Origin: Eledone cirrhosa
Taxonomy: Eukaryota
NCBI GenBank assembly: GCA_964016885.1
Contig: OZ024742.1
Location: forward strand, 145,080,001-145,144,000
DNA: 64,000 bases
Reading direction: 5' to 3'
Part shown: positions 25,995 through 38,397 of the stretch, one piece after another
Layout of the letters: every line of letters begins with the position of its first letter
Position numbering within the stretch: the stretch's first letter is position 1
The notes under the pieces: generated by a model
What the model saw: the letters and a program-made list of their open reading frames with translations, nothing else
Database searches by the model: none
What the model was told of the DNA's origin: nothing
Program-made: the position numbers and the translations under genes

Positions 25995-27208
25995 CATCAT
26001 CATCATCATCATCACCGTTTTACGTCCGTTCTTCCACGCTAGCATGGGTTAGACGGGTTGTCCTGTTGTGGGCAGTGTCTGGTCGGCTGACCATGCCTTG
26101 CTCATACAGGAACTGATCTGGCTTGATTTCTACAGCTGGATGCCCTTCCTAACACCAACCTCATTTACAGTGAGTGCTGGGTGCTTTTTCGTGGCGCCTA
26201 CACGTCCACTTTACAGTGTGGGCTGGGTGCTTTTTTGCCGTGGCACCTCCACGGCCACCTTGCGGTGGAGGGGGGGGGGGCATATTGTTTATATGCTTCA
26301 GCATGTACCCATGGGAGGTCGGGTACCCTGTATTACTGCGTGACGCCAGAAGTCACGGTCGTGTGTCATTGACTTTGAGAGGTGTAGTTGGGTAAGGTCG
26401 GCTTTTATCACCTCATCCCAAGTCATCTTGGGTCTCCCCACTCCGCGGTTTCCATCAACTTCTAGTGCTCTGCACCTTTTTATGCAGCTGTCATCCTTCA
26501 TACGCATCACATGTCCATACCAGCGTAACCGCCTCTCCTGCACGCAGCATTTGATTCCTCTTATGCTCAGTCTCTCTCTCAATTCCTTTATGCTTTGTCG
26601 TTCACGTATATTACTGTTACACATCCATCGGAGCATGCAGGCTTCGTTTCTCTCTAATCTACGTAAGTCTTCCACCTTCAGCGCCCAGGTCTCACTACCA
26701 TGCAACATCGCTGTTCGGATACACGCATCATACAGTCTGCCTTTCATTCTGAGGGAGAAGCCTTTTGCAGCTAGCAGTGGTAGTAGTTCCCTAAACTTCT
26801 TCCATCCCGTTCTTACCCTAGTTATTGTACTTTCTGAGCACCCACCTCCGTTGCTAATTCGGTCACCTAGGTAGCAGAAGCTGTCTACTGTTTCTACAGG
26901 GCCCTCCCAGAGATTGGTGGTACTTGTTTCCTGTGGCTGTTTGCTTGCTGTTTCAGCACAGCTGCTGCATGTGAATCCTACATTCTTAATTAAGCTTCCT
27001 GAGATCCCGCTACATCTCTTGTGTACCCATTGTTTGCATTTGGGGCAGAGAATGGAGTTTCTACCTACACCTTTCCTACATACTGAGCAAGGCCATTTCC
27101 CTGAGGGGATCTGGGTTCTGTTTTCTCGTCTACTTACAAGGACCTTAGTCTTTGTCATGTTGACTTTGAGGCCCTTTCTCTCTAGTCCCTGCTTCCAGGT
27201 TTGGAATT
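25995..27208 (-). mobile_element. RTE LINE 3' portion, ORF intact (26298-27158) with PHD finger
   Basis: KTKVLV, WPCSVC..CPKC..VHKRC..CSSC, FCYLG, LHGSETW and LRWYGHV, followed by the UTR and (ATG)n. Confidence 0.95.
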
Positions 27209-28214
27209 TATATATATATATATATATATATATTTTATATATATATATATATATATTTTATATATATATATATATTTTATATATATATATATATTTTATA
27301 TATATATATTTTATATATATATATATATATTTTATATATATATTTTATATATATATATATATATTTTATATATATATATATTTTATATATATATTTTATA
27401 TATATATATATTTTATATATATATATATTTTATATATATATATATTTTATATATATATATATTTTATATATATATATATTTTATATATATATATATTTTA
27501 TATATATATATATTTTATATATATTTTATATATATATATATTTTATATATATTTTATATATATATATATTTTATATATATATTTTATATATATTTTATAT
27601 ATATATATATTTTATATATATTTTATATATATATATATTTTATATATATTTTATATATATATATATTTTATATATATATTTTATATATATTTTATATATA
27701 TATATATTTTATATATATTTTATATATATATATATTTTATATATATATTTTATATATATATATATTTTATATATATTTTATATATATATACTTTATATAT
27801 ATATATATTTTATATATTTTATATATATATATATATATATATTTTATATATATATATATATATATTTTATATATATATATATATTTTATATATATATATA
27901 TTTTATATATTTTATATATATATATATATTTTATATATATATATATATTATATATTTTATATATATATATATTTTATATATTTTATATATATATATATAT
28001 ATTTTATATATATATTTTATATATATATATATATATTTTATATATATATATATATATATTTTATATATATGCAAGCGTGGAACACGGACGTTAAACGTTG
28101 ATGATGATGATATATATATTTTATATATATATATATTTTATATATATATATTTTATATATATATATATTTTATATATATATATATTTTATATATATATAT
28201 ATTTTAAATATATA

Positions 28215-28257
<43 letters not shown>

Positions 28258-28389
28258 ATATTTTATATATATATATATTTTATATATATCAGCCGGACGG
28301 CTGAAACAGATAAAAGAGTCAAAGAGTATATATATATATATTTTATATATATATATATATATATACATATTTTATATATATATATATAC

Positions 28390-28428
<39 letters not shown>

Positions 28429-28467
28429 TTTATATATATATATTTTATATATATATATATATATATA
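27209..28467. repeat. (TA)nTTT variant array with tiny embedded inserts
   Basis: Seen directly. Includes an RTE tail at 28069-28110. Confidence 0.95.
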
Positions 28468-29194
28468 AAGTTATGCTGCAAAGACGATTGTGTTAATCAT
28501 GATATATAGTTTGAATGTAAGGATAGTGTATAAATTCTAGGAATATGTGGTATGTATATATACACACATATATTATGTGTATGTGTGTATATTATATGTA
28601 TGTATGTGATATCATTACTATACACATAATTACCCATATATTTTCATTGGCTGCTATGTTCAATCTCTCATATTCTGTCATTTTTGTCTTAATCCTCTTT
28701 CTTCTTTTTACCTAACTGTAATCAATGTAAATGCCTCTTCATCTATATATGTATGCATGTGTGTACACATATGCACACATACATATGCATTATGTATTTT
28801 CATAGCTGCAAGTAGTAACATACATTCGGATATTTTTTTTTCCCTTCATCTCTTTCTCTCACTTGTCTTCCTACGATCACTATCATTTCTATCTTTATTT
28901 CATTGTTACTAGTACATTCTAATTATTGTTGTGAGCGACTCCAGTGTTGATATCATGCATGTGATATTATTGTATTCTATTAAATTCAGTCATATGGTTG
29001 TGACCGTACTGTGGCACCAGCAATGACAGTAAAAATAAATTTATATGTTATGAAATATATTCTTAATTTTGAGATATTATACTTAACCTTTTCATTACCA
29101 TATTTTAAATGAAATACACTTTGTTTCAATCATCTAATGAAAAATTGGAGGGATTTATTAACATCATTAATTATTTCATTATTTGTGACCTGGA

Positions 29195-29465
29195 TAGGGA
29201 GATGCAGCGTGTCTTTGAGCAAGACACTTTATTTCACACGGCTTACAGTTTCCTCGGTTGTAGAAATTAGTTGCAAAATCACTAACACCAAACTGTATTG
29301 GCCATTGCCTTTCCCTTGGACAACATCAGTGGCATGGAGAGTGGAGGCTTGTAAGTATGGGCAACAGCTGGTCTTTTACAAACAACCTTGCCCGTACTTG
29401 TGCCTCAGAAAGGAAACTTTCTAGGTACAAATCCCATGGGCATTCGTGACTGAAGGAGGTCTTTT
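29195..29465 (+). mobile_element. degenerate SINE related to the family B core
   Basis: GTGTCTTTGAGCAAGACACTTTATTTCAC core with a different 3' part. Confidence 0.5.
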
Positions 29466-29679
29466 TTAAGATTGTATTTGTAACATAACAAAAGGTTCTT
29501 ATATCAAATTATACTGTAAGATTTTAATTCCAATAAGAACCCTTTAAAATGGATGGTTTTCTTTCATAGGTGGATTTAAGCAGGTAAATAACTTGGTATT
29601 TATTTCACTAATCTTTTTTCTCATCTACCTCTATCCATTATTAGTTATTCATATTGAGCTAACGAGGGATCTTCTACAT

Positions 29680-29977
29680 CTGTGGTTCTTAACCTTTTTC
29701 TATCTTGGCATTTTGAAATTCCATCCTGCATCTCTATGCCTAGCACATAAGACAAGAAGTTGAATTTTCAGGTCAAATTATCAGCTACTTAGCTGCTACT
29801 ATTTAATTAATTAACTACCATAATTAATAAATATAATTTTTTGAAAATATCAAAAAATATCTAACCAAATAGAAGTAAAATGAAAAAAAAGTTGTTTTTC
29901 TGGTTTTTTCCTTGCACACCCAAGAACTAAATCTTGCACTTCCTGGGGGTGCCAGCACCTTAGGTTAAGAATCACTG
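29680..29977. mobile_element. hAT-type MITE
   Basis: TIRs C(T/A)GTGGTTCTTAACCT / AGGTTAAGAATCACTG and an 8-bp TSD (T/C)TCTACAT. Confidence 0.8.
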
Positions 29978-31169
29978 CTCTACATAGTCATTCAATCTAC
30001 TAAGTATACCAAACAAATGTCATTCAGATTATATTCTACTGTTTTCTACAAGAAAATATTGGATAATGTAATCTAAGATATACAATAGCCAAGAAAAGAA
30101 TGGAATGTTGAACTCTTTTAATCATAGGTATGTTACGTTACGGTTGACCTAGGGCTAAAATAGAAAACAATATTAGTTATTTACATTGGGCTAAATATCA
30201 ATTTGATCTTCTTTTCTATGTTTTAGGGACTACCTTTACTTTATCTACTTTTTATACAGTGAATATTTGATCTCCTTATCAGTTCAACTTTCATCTAAAT
30301 GTGACCGATATATCCAAAGTTGACTTTCTATATCTATATTAGATGGCAGCATTTACTCATTGAGGATATTAATGAAGAGATTTATGATAAAAGGCACTAT
30401 AGTTATAACCATCTCTTACTTTCAAACATATTTTGAGAATATTCCCAATATATTCTGCTTTTTTTTTCTTATATGGATATGATTTACAGGAGAATTGATT
30501 GTTATTTCTAGCAAGACAAGTAATCTCGTAAAACCTTCCTTGTTGGTTTGCTGAAATGGTTTGATGGCTGATGAATGAAGAGTGTTTAAATTTATTTTGA
30601 AGATACACAAAAGTTTCATGGAAAATTTGGAAGAAAAATCATTTAAAAATTGAACCCTTTTGTCACCTAGCTGCCTAAAACAGGTTCTTGTTCTATGAAT
30701 CAAAATCATTCATTTAAGGGTTCCTATTTAAATTAAAATCTTCCAGAATAATTTCATACGAAACCCTTTTGTTATGTTACAAATGCCATCTTAATAATGA
30801 AAAAGGGATTTAAATAAATTTCTCCAAATTTCTCATTAATTAATTGAAATGCAATGTATTTCATTAGAAATATGGTCATAAAAGGATTAATAGTTTCTAA
30901 TTAATTCAATATCACCATCTACTGTTATATAGATTTTATGGTTCAGAAAATTCTTATATTGTTTTACTGGTTTCACTCATTTGATTGTGGCCATTCAGGG
31001 TCATCACTTTAAAGGGATTTAGTCAATCAGTACTTATTTTTTTCAAACTGCTAGTTTAGGGGACATAAACACTAACACAAATATAAATAAATGCAATTAC
31101 ACACATACACACAATGGCTTCTGCACTTTCCATTTATCAAATTTCACTCACAAATTTCACTCCTAGTTC

Positions 31170-32245
31170 TTTCTAGCAAATTTTGGAATAGAATAGAAAG
31201 AACTAGGAATAAGGTTAATAGAATAAACTCATGGTATGATAGCAATAAATACCAGAGTGTAATGTTCATCGATACAACTCCTAGAGGTGAATTAGCTTAC
31301 AAATTTAGAAGGGCCTTAGATAAACATAAACTCAATATTAAGATAGTAGAAAGACCAGGTACCTCCATAAAAACACTTATTAGCAAGACATACCCTTTTC
31401 AAAGACCTCCCTGTATAGATAAGAAATGTATAATCTGTAAAAATTAAGTCCCCATATTAACTGTAAAACTAGAAATGTAGTATATAGCATAAGATGTACT
31501 GAAGGACAATGTAGAGATAAAAATATAGTGTACATAGGTGAGACAGCTCGTAGTATAGGGGAACGGATAAATGAACACTGGCGAGACCTTCAAGATAGTA
31601 AAGAATCATCTGTACTCTACCAACATGCTAAAATAGAACATAAGGGTAAATTAGAGAACATAGAAATAAAAATAGAATCTACACACAGAAAAGACGCAAT
31701 GTTTAGACAAATCACAGAGGCAATAAACATAAATGAATTACAACCAAAATCAAATAGAAAACATGAGTGGAACAGCAACATCACAACTTACAATTAAGGA
31801 CAAAATGAAAACACACACGCACATAGAACAAACAACCAACCAGTAACATGTAAATAAACAAATAAATAAACAAATATAAACACACACAGACACCCAGATG
31901 TAACACATGTGCAAACTAAGCACACAACACACACACAAAAACAAGATGGCGTAGGACAGAACAAAGGAGAGGCACAAAAAACAAAGAAAAGAATCCCCAG
32001 TCACTGAAGAGGTCACAGAATGTGTGACGAAAGAACTTTGATAATATATAAACAACCATCTGGTTGTGGAACCAACCAACCAACCGGAAATTTATAAATT
32101 CCTAAATTTATTATAATAAATTGAAGTGAAAGCAACTGGTGCGTGTGTTTCTTATTGGCAACATGACCCTCCCAAAGTATAACAATATCGGTTTCAACAC
32201 ACGTTTTCAGATAAAGAATCTTGCTAAACAAATTCAGAAACGAAA
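31170..32245 (+). mobile_element. 5'-truncated Penelope-like element (linker, GIY-YIG endonuclease, pLTR)
   Basis: YQSVMFID.TP, CIDKKCIIC, NVVYSIRC and YIGETARSIGERINEH, homologous to 46650-47825. One in-frame stop at 31445. Confidence 0.92.
32000..32042 (+). ncRNA. minimal hammerhead ribozyme in PLE pLTR
   Basis: gtca-CTGAAGA-gGTCACAgaatgTGTGAC-GAAA-gaac-TT-tgat. Confidence 0.75.
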
Positions 32246-32304
32246 TATATATATATATATATATATAGGAATGAGTAGGACCCCAACAGCTGAAATATAT
32301 ATAT

Positions 32305-33212
32305 TGATGCAATTCAATTCAAGCACTCAACGTACTTTTTCCACATAGGAGTGATGGAGTAAATATCGAATAAGTAAAAGCGAAGTAGTTTCAGATGTTC
32401 AAGTCCTTTAATAATAATACTGTGATATATATTTCAATGACGACACTGGCCACACTGTTCTGTGTGTGAGTGTCGTGACATCATCAGACAGCTTGTTACA
32501 TAATAAGGTTATGTTTCCGAGGCAGTCCAAGTTGAATCAACATGGGAACGGACGAAGTGTGTGCTTTTGGGTTCTTCATCCGTTCCCCTGTGAGTACCAA
32601 TTCACCCCCACCGGTCTGTGCAGGCGCATGTCCGAAGGAAGTTGACCATTAGCTACCGCAGATTTCGACAAAATTCGCTTAGTCAGTTCACCCTCTCAGC
32701 CAAACAATGACCCATTTAGGCCTGTACCATAGTTTACTGCTACCCGTCCCGTCTGTGGCAGTCAGCCGAAAGCCAGAGGGGATGGGAGAGTGTTAGTTTT
32801 TACAGGTCACAATACTACCTCCCACCAAGCATGGACAGTACGACTGACCATCAACTCCCAAGAGAAAATATACTTAATTCTAGGTGTCATGGTTTTACAT
32901 TGGAAGTTATGAGTGAGAGTTGGAAATAAAAATTAAAATCCTAAATCAAAAATTATAAATTAAACAATTAAAAAATTAACAATTAGAAAGTAAAAAATTT
33001 TTCAAGTGAGAATCCGGATTGAGGTGAGTAAAAAAACATATAGATTGAAGTGAGTAAATAATATAGAGAGAGATGTTTAAGTAAGAAGTTCGGAGAGAGG
33101 TTCTAATGTCACAGTTACACTATCCACATATTGAACGATAGTGCCGTACATTAGAACGGAGGGTAAACTACAGTATTCAAGGCAGTAGTCAATCTGGTAC
33201 ACAGTCATACTT
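32305..33212 (-). mobile_element. non-coding HHR-bearing unit between (TA)n tracts (PLE 3' region or non-autonomous derivative)
   Basis: Bounded by TA repeats, contains a hammerhead and several GC-rich hairpins, and has no ORF. Confidence 0.5.
32420..32491 (-). ncRNA. type I minimal hammerhead ribozyme
   Basis: Minus strand: ctgt-CTGATGA-tgtcACGACACT...AGTGTCGTcatt-GAAA-tatata-TC-acag. Confidence 0.82.
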
Positions 33213-33929
33213 ATTATATATATATATATAATATTTCAAAGAAGCCGTTTTATATCATAAACCACATGTTTGGTATCAAAAAGGCTAAATTGTTCTTTAA
33301 CATGTTTATAAATAGTTTGATTATGATTAACAGATATTTTGTGTGTCCTATCATTGATGGCCTGAGTTGTGTTTGTCAATTAATTCATTTAAATATGTTT
33401 GGGTGTGTCTTTCAATCTTGTAACGATTTTAGTAAACATGCCTTTAACTTGTCTCATTAGATGTCAACTGATATGGCTAGCTCTTTGTTAGGTGTAAACT
33501 AATAACTGCTTATAGAGTTACACTATTCTGTGATTTATTGTCAATACAGTTTACTTGTATTTGGCCTTGTTTTGTTGCAACAATTTCTATATTGCATAGT
33601 TAGTTCAATTACTCGAAATATATTGTTTAATTCAAATGTTTACAGTATCTTTACTAGTGGACAGATCATTATGAAAAAATTACAATATTAAAGTGAAAAC
33701 TACAATTTTTTATATGATGCAGTCATTCTACTGTTTTGTATTTTTAAAGAGTGCTTTTCTAATGCAGTTTCATGCTGCACAGGTATTAAGAGTTAAGGCA
33801 AAGAGCATTAAAAAGCTAATTAGAAATAATTATATGTTGAAAGCAACTTGTTATTGGACCTCCATTGTTTCCGACAACAAGTGTTCCAGTTGTTCAAACA
33901 AAAAAAAAGCCTACTTGTGAAATTATTGT

Positions 33930-34170
33930 GCTAGTGGCTGATCATTCCAAGGACATGTACTCTTAATGTAGTTCTTAGTGAGATTCAACATGACACAGTG
34001 TGGGACAAGGCTGGCCCTTTGAATTTCAGTTACAGCTCATTTCTTCCAGTTGAGTGGACAGAAGAAATGTGAAATAAGTGCCTTGCTCAAGGACACAACA
34101 TGCCACCAGGAAGAGAAATCAAACTCATGACATTAATATTGTGACCTCAACATCCTAAGCACTAAGCAAC
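33930..34170 (-). mobile_element. degenerate SINE related to family B
   Basis: GTGAAATAAGTGCCTTGCTCAAGGACACAAC core on the plus strand. Confidence 0.6.
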
Positions 34171-34823
34171 ACTAACTCAATGACTAACATTTTAATCATT
34201 TCAACAAGTACAGGAGACAACTTTGAACATGTTTTGGTCTTATTAGGCCTCCTCAACAAAGCATAGATGTTACTGTATCTGCTAAAGTAGTGAAAGAATT
34301 AGTAAGTAGATGTACAAAATCTACATGATTATAATACTTTACACATGTAGGTGTATGAAACATTAGCATTTAAACAAGAAAAGTAATTTATTGAGATTCA
34401 TTTAACAGAAACATTTTCAGAATTGTCCCCATACTTGTCGAAAACATTTACCTAATGTAATTTTTTCTCACTGCATAATTATTTCATATTAGAATATTGA
34501 TGTATCTCATAGTAGATATTATAATCAACTTTGTAAATTACTTTAATGTAGCTAGTATTAAAATGCTAACTAGAATGATAGAATAGTAGACATGCTAGAG
34601 CACTTGACTAAATACTTTTTTCAATATTTAGTTCCCTTTCTGTGTGTTTTGTTTTGAGACCCTGCTACAGTGGACTTTCCTGTTCATTACTCTAAATGAG
34701 ATGCAGAACCCTTGGCCTATCTGGGAGGTTAGTAGTCCTGCTTCAGTGCTGACTTGGTCTATATAGACCCATCCCTTGCTAGCTGTGAAACCAGACATTA
34801 AATGATGATGATATGATGATAAT

Positions 34824-34855
<32 letters not shown>

Positions 34856-34857
<2 letters not shown>

Positions 34858-35049
34858 GGAACGAGTAGGACCCCAACGGCTGAGCTCAAGCCATTTCAAC
34901 GGCTAATTCTGGACTTTCTATATTGCCGTCGAAACGGCTTGAGCTCAGCCGTCGGGGTCCTACTCGTTCCTATTACCCACTCTACTACCCTAAGTATTGA
35001 GTACTTTGGTGCGTTATGGTCCACCTGGTTCCTTACCACATTTCCTTTG

Positions 35050-35052
<3 letters not shown>
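34856..35052. mobile_element. fold-back PLE-type pLTR fragment (family C)
   Basis: Inverted repeat 34856-34972 plus an ~80-nt tail. Reverse complement of 6646-6840, embedded in (TA)n. Confidence 0.75.
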
Positions 35053-35109
<57 letters not shown>

Positions 35110-35829
35110 ATATATATACACACACACATTATTGTATTTTGCCAAAGCTTCTAGTTTTTAAGACACAAAATATTTGACAGGCATTTCCCTCCCTATAAAG
35201 GAATGTCACTATATTTTTCTCCATTTGTTCCCATAGGTGTGTTTGAATACAACAAAGCAAGCTAAGAAAATACTTACTCTGGCAAACTGTTCCTCCTCAA
35301 TGAAATCCTTCACCTCCACATTATTCTTGCAATGTTAGTCTCTTTTTTTCTCACATTAACAAACATGCTTTATTTATATTTCCTATGGGCCTTAATTAGC
35401 TTGTTAGGCTAATGAACCAGTTTACTTTTAACTAATCACCTTATATTTTCACTTTACTGTTAATAAAATATCTGAATATTTTTTTAATTATTATTAATAA
35501 TGAGATATTGACTTATTTAAATATAAAAGAAAGGAATTTACAATTTATCAATGTTTGCATTAAAAAAAAAGTACGGAAATGAAAGATAGGAAAAAAAGCA
35601 AAAGTAAAGGAAAGTTGGTGAAGGAGCAGTAAAGTTGACTGCAGCAAGATTTGAACTCAAAGTGCAGAGAACCAGCCAGAACAAATATAATTCTGCTAAT
35701 TCACTGCCTTTATAGGTAAGTGTGTTACAAAAGTAATACAATTATATTTTTAACAATGACAAAAATACAAATATGAATTAAGAAGTATCATCATCATTAT
35801 CATAGTTTAACGTCTATCTTCCACGCTAG

Positions 35830-36167
35830 CATCATCATCATCATCATACTTCCGCTTTTCACTGCTTGCAAGGGTGGGACGGGAACTGATTCTGGCTTGA
35901 TTTCTACAGCTGGATGCCCTTCCTAACACCAACCTCATTTACAATGAGTGCTGGGTGCTTTTTTTGCCGTGGCACCTCCACGACCACTTTGCAGTGGAAT
36001 GATAGGGACTGGGGTCCCTATCATCTCATTTCTACAGCTGAGTAAACTGGAGCAATGTGAAATAAAGTGTCTTGCTCAAGGAAACAACACATCACCCGGT
36101 CTGAGAATTGAACTCACAACCTTTCGATTGCAAGGCCAATGCTCTAACCACTAAGCTATGTGCCTCC
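35830..36167 (-). mobile_element. SINE family B, full length
   Basis: Head GGAGGCACATAGCTTAGTGGTTAGAGC, B box, core and RTE tail. TAGCAT duplicated at the flanks. Confidence 0.92.
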
Positions 36168-36953
36168 GTAGCATGTAGTTAGAAATATTTTTTGGTTTAA
36201 ATAGCTTTTTCAAATGCATTTTAAAATACTTTATGCATAACTTATGCCAAAATATTTTTATATGCTCTAAAGTGCATAGCTAGTAAATGAAATAGTTCAG
36301 CAAATCACTGAGTCAAACATTCTTTTCCTAATATATTGTCCTTGTGAGTGGTTATATAAGTATATTTATGTGGCTGTTGTGTTTATTTATATGTAAAGGC
36401 ATGTCTATTATTTATAACATTACTGTTATTGCAACAGCACATATAAAAAACGTTTTGTTGGTTAACTATTTATCCTTTGTACTAATCTCATAATAAAAAA
36501 AGTTTTACTATTTAGTCAGGACTTCTTTGATTGGTGAGAAGCTAAGGGGTAGGTGCACTCAAACCAAATATCTGACCCAAATGCTTACAATAGCATGAAC
36601 TCTGTTATAGACACCCACGGGCCAGGTGAATGTGTTAAACTGGGTGGCAGATTATTTACAGCCCAAGTAGGCTATAGCTGGATTTCAATTTAGAACACAA
36701 TGGTATTTGTCTCTGCTCTCTGAGTTCAAATCCAGCTGAGGTCAACTTTGCCTTTATCTTTTCGAGGTTGATAAAAAAAGTACCAATCTAGTACTGGAGT
36801 TGATTCTTCCTCTTTCTGGAAGAAATCTACTGTACTCAGGCCTGGCTTAAAATGCCCAAGAAACATATGTTAATATAACACCCCTATGACTCTATCAGGA
36901 GTTACGGGACCATACATGCAATAAATCACCCTATAACATAATTATCCAAGATG

Positions 36954-37350
36954 GCAGACTAGAGAGGAACGAAGCTTGCATGCTCCGCTGGATGTGTAAC
37001 AGTAATATATGTGAACGGCAAAGCATAAACGAACTAAGGAAAAAATTAGAAATAAGAGGGATCAGATGTTGTTTACTCGAGAGAAGGCTACGTTGGTATG
37101 GACACGTGATACGCATGAAAGTCGATAGCTGTATAACAAAGTGCAGGGCAATAAAGATAGACGGTAGCCACGGAATAGGCAGACCTAGAAAAACCTGGGA
37201 CGAGCTGATAAACTCCGACCTCACACACTTACACCTCTCCAAGACAATGTCACTGGACTGAGACCTTTGGCGGTACTCAGTAACAGAGAAGACCCACCTT
37301 ACCTAAATACATAGTAAAACCTACTACAGTCAGTAGGCATCTCTAACAAA
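36954..37350 (+). mobile_element. RTE LINE C-terminal fragment
   Basis: ORF 36980-37261 is nearly identical to the end of 47891-48883. Confidence 0.9.
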
Positions 37351-38397
37351 ATAAGGTTTTCATCAATTGATTTCAGGTGTAAGAGGAATTGGAATTTGTA
37401 ATACCTTTTTCAGTAGCAACTAGGAATAAAAAGTGAATCATTGACTAGGTTTGCTGGGAGCTTATCTTCCCATATTTCCCGTTATGTGCGGTTGTTTGAA
37501 CTGTTCTATATAGCAATCAAATGTACCCATCTCAAAAATGGAAATCACCTAAAAGGAGCCAATGCAGGAACCTCTACATATTTGCTTGACCTACTAGGAA
37601 TAACAAATAAATCAAATCTCCTCAAACCACACACTTTTGCCTTATAATAGGAAGGTCATAGTGGATAAAGTAGTCCTGTGACAGAAAACAAGACAGATTG
37701 GTTATGGTTGGAATACGTCTGTTTAAATGGAGTTGTTCTGAGGATGAATAACAATAAAAATATTTAGAAAGTGTGCTTGTAATAAAGATAGGGTAACCCC
37801 AGTTAAAGTGCCAATAGCATAATCATCGACTACACTCCAGCAAAGTAGTTAGTGATAGGCAGGTCAACGGTAGAAAACCTGCCAAACAAAGGGTTGGAAA
37901 GATTTTTCAGCTATGCCAAGGACATGACAACTTCCTAGTGTTGGTGCCATGATAAAATACACATGCTTGAGTGCAACATCGTATGATGGGCTTGCTTGAA
38001 TCGTATGAAGCTCTGCTTGAATACTGGCCAGTTTGTGAGAACATGTCCAACCCTTGCTAGCAGGGAAAACAGATTTTAAACAAGAATGATGATGACTTCA
38101 ACCCAAATAAATATACATGCTTAACACTGCATTTCTTTACAGCCAGTTTTAAAAGAAAAGAATAATTCTGATCAGAGCCCCAAATGCCTAAAACTGAGTT
38201 GTTTTGTGGAGCGTATAAAAAAAAGACCTGTACTTACAATGCAACTGAATCTGCCAGCCAGTCAGATAGCTAATATCAGAAAGATAAAAATGAAGGTAAA
38301 TATTAAAGAAAATAGACACAGTGAAGGATGTGTAGTTTAGGAGTTTACTTCACAACTATGTGATTTTCTGTTCATTCCCACTGCACAGCACCTTGAG

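Noticed and set aside
29083-30890. TTAA-flanked piggyBac-like termini at 29083 and ~30860-30890
   Set aside because: Too degenerate to show that they belong to one element.
32544-32587. Possible SECIS element on the minus strand (ATGA..AAAA)
   Set aside because: There is no 3' GA for the non-Watson-Crick quartet, and the ATGA is Watson-Crick paired.
35268-35330. Possible minus-strand exon NNVEVKDFIEEEQFAR|gtaagt
   Set aside because: Good donor but a purine-rich acceptor, and no recognisable homology or partner exons.
36095-36167. tRNA gene
   Set aside because: The acceptor stem is incomplete and the sequence continues into a SINE body, so it is a SINE head.
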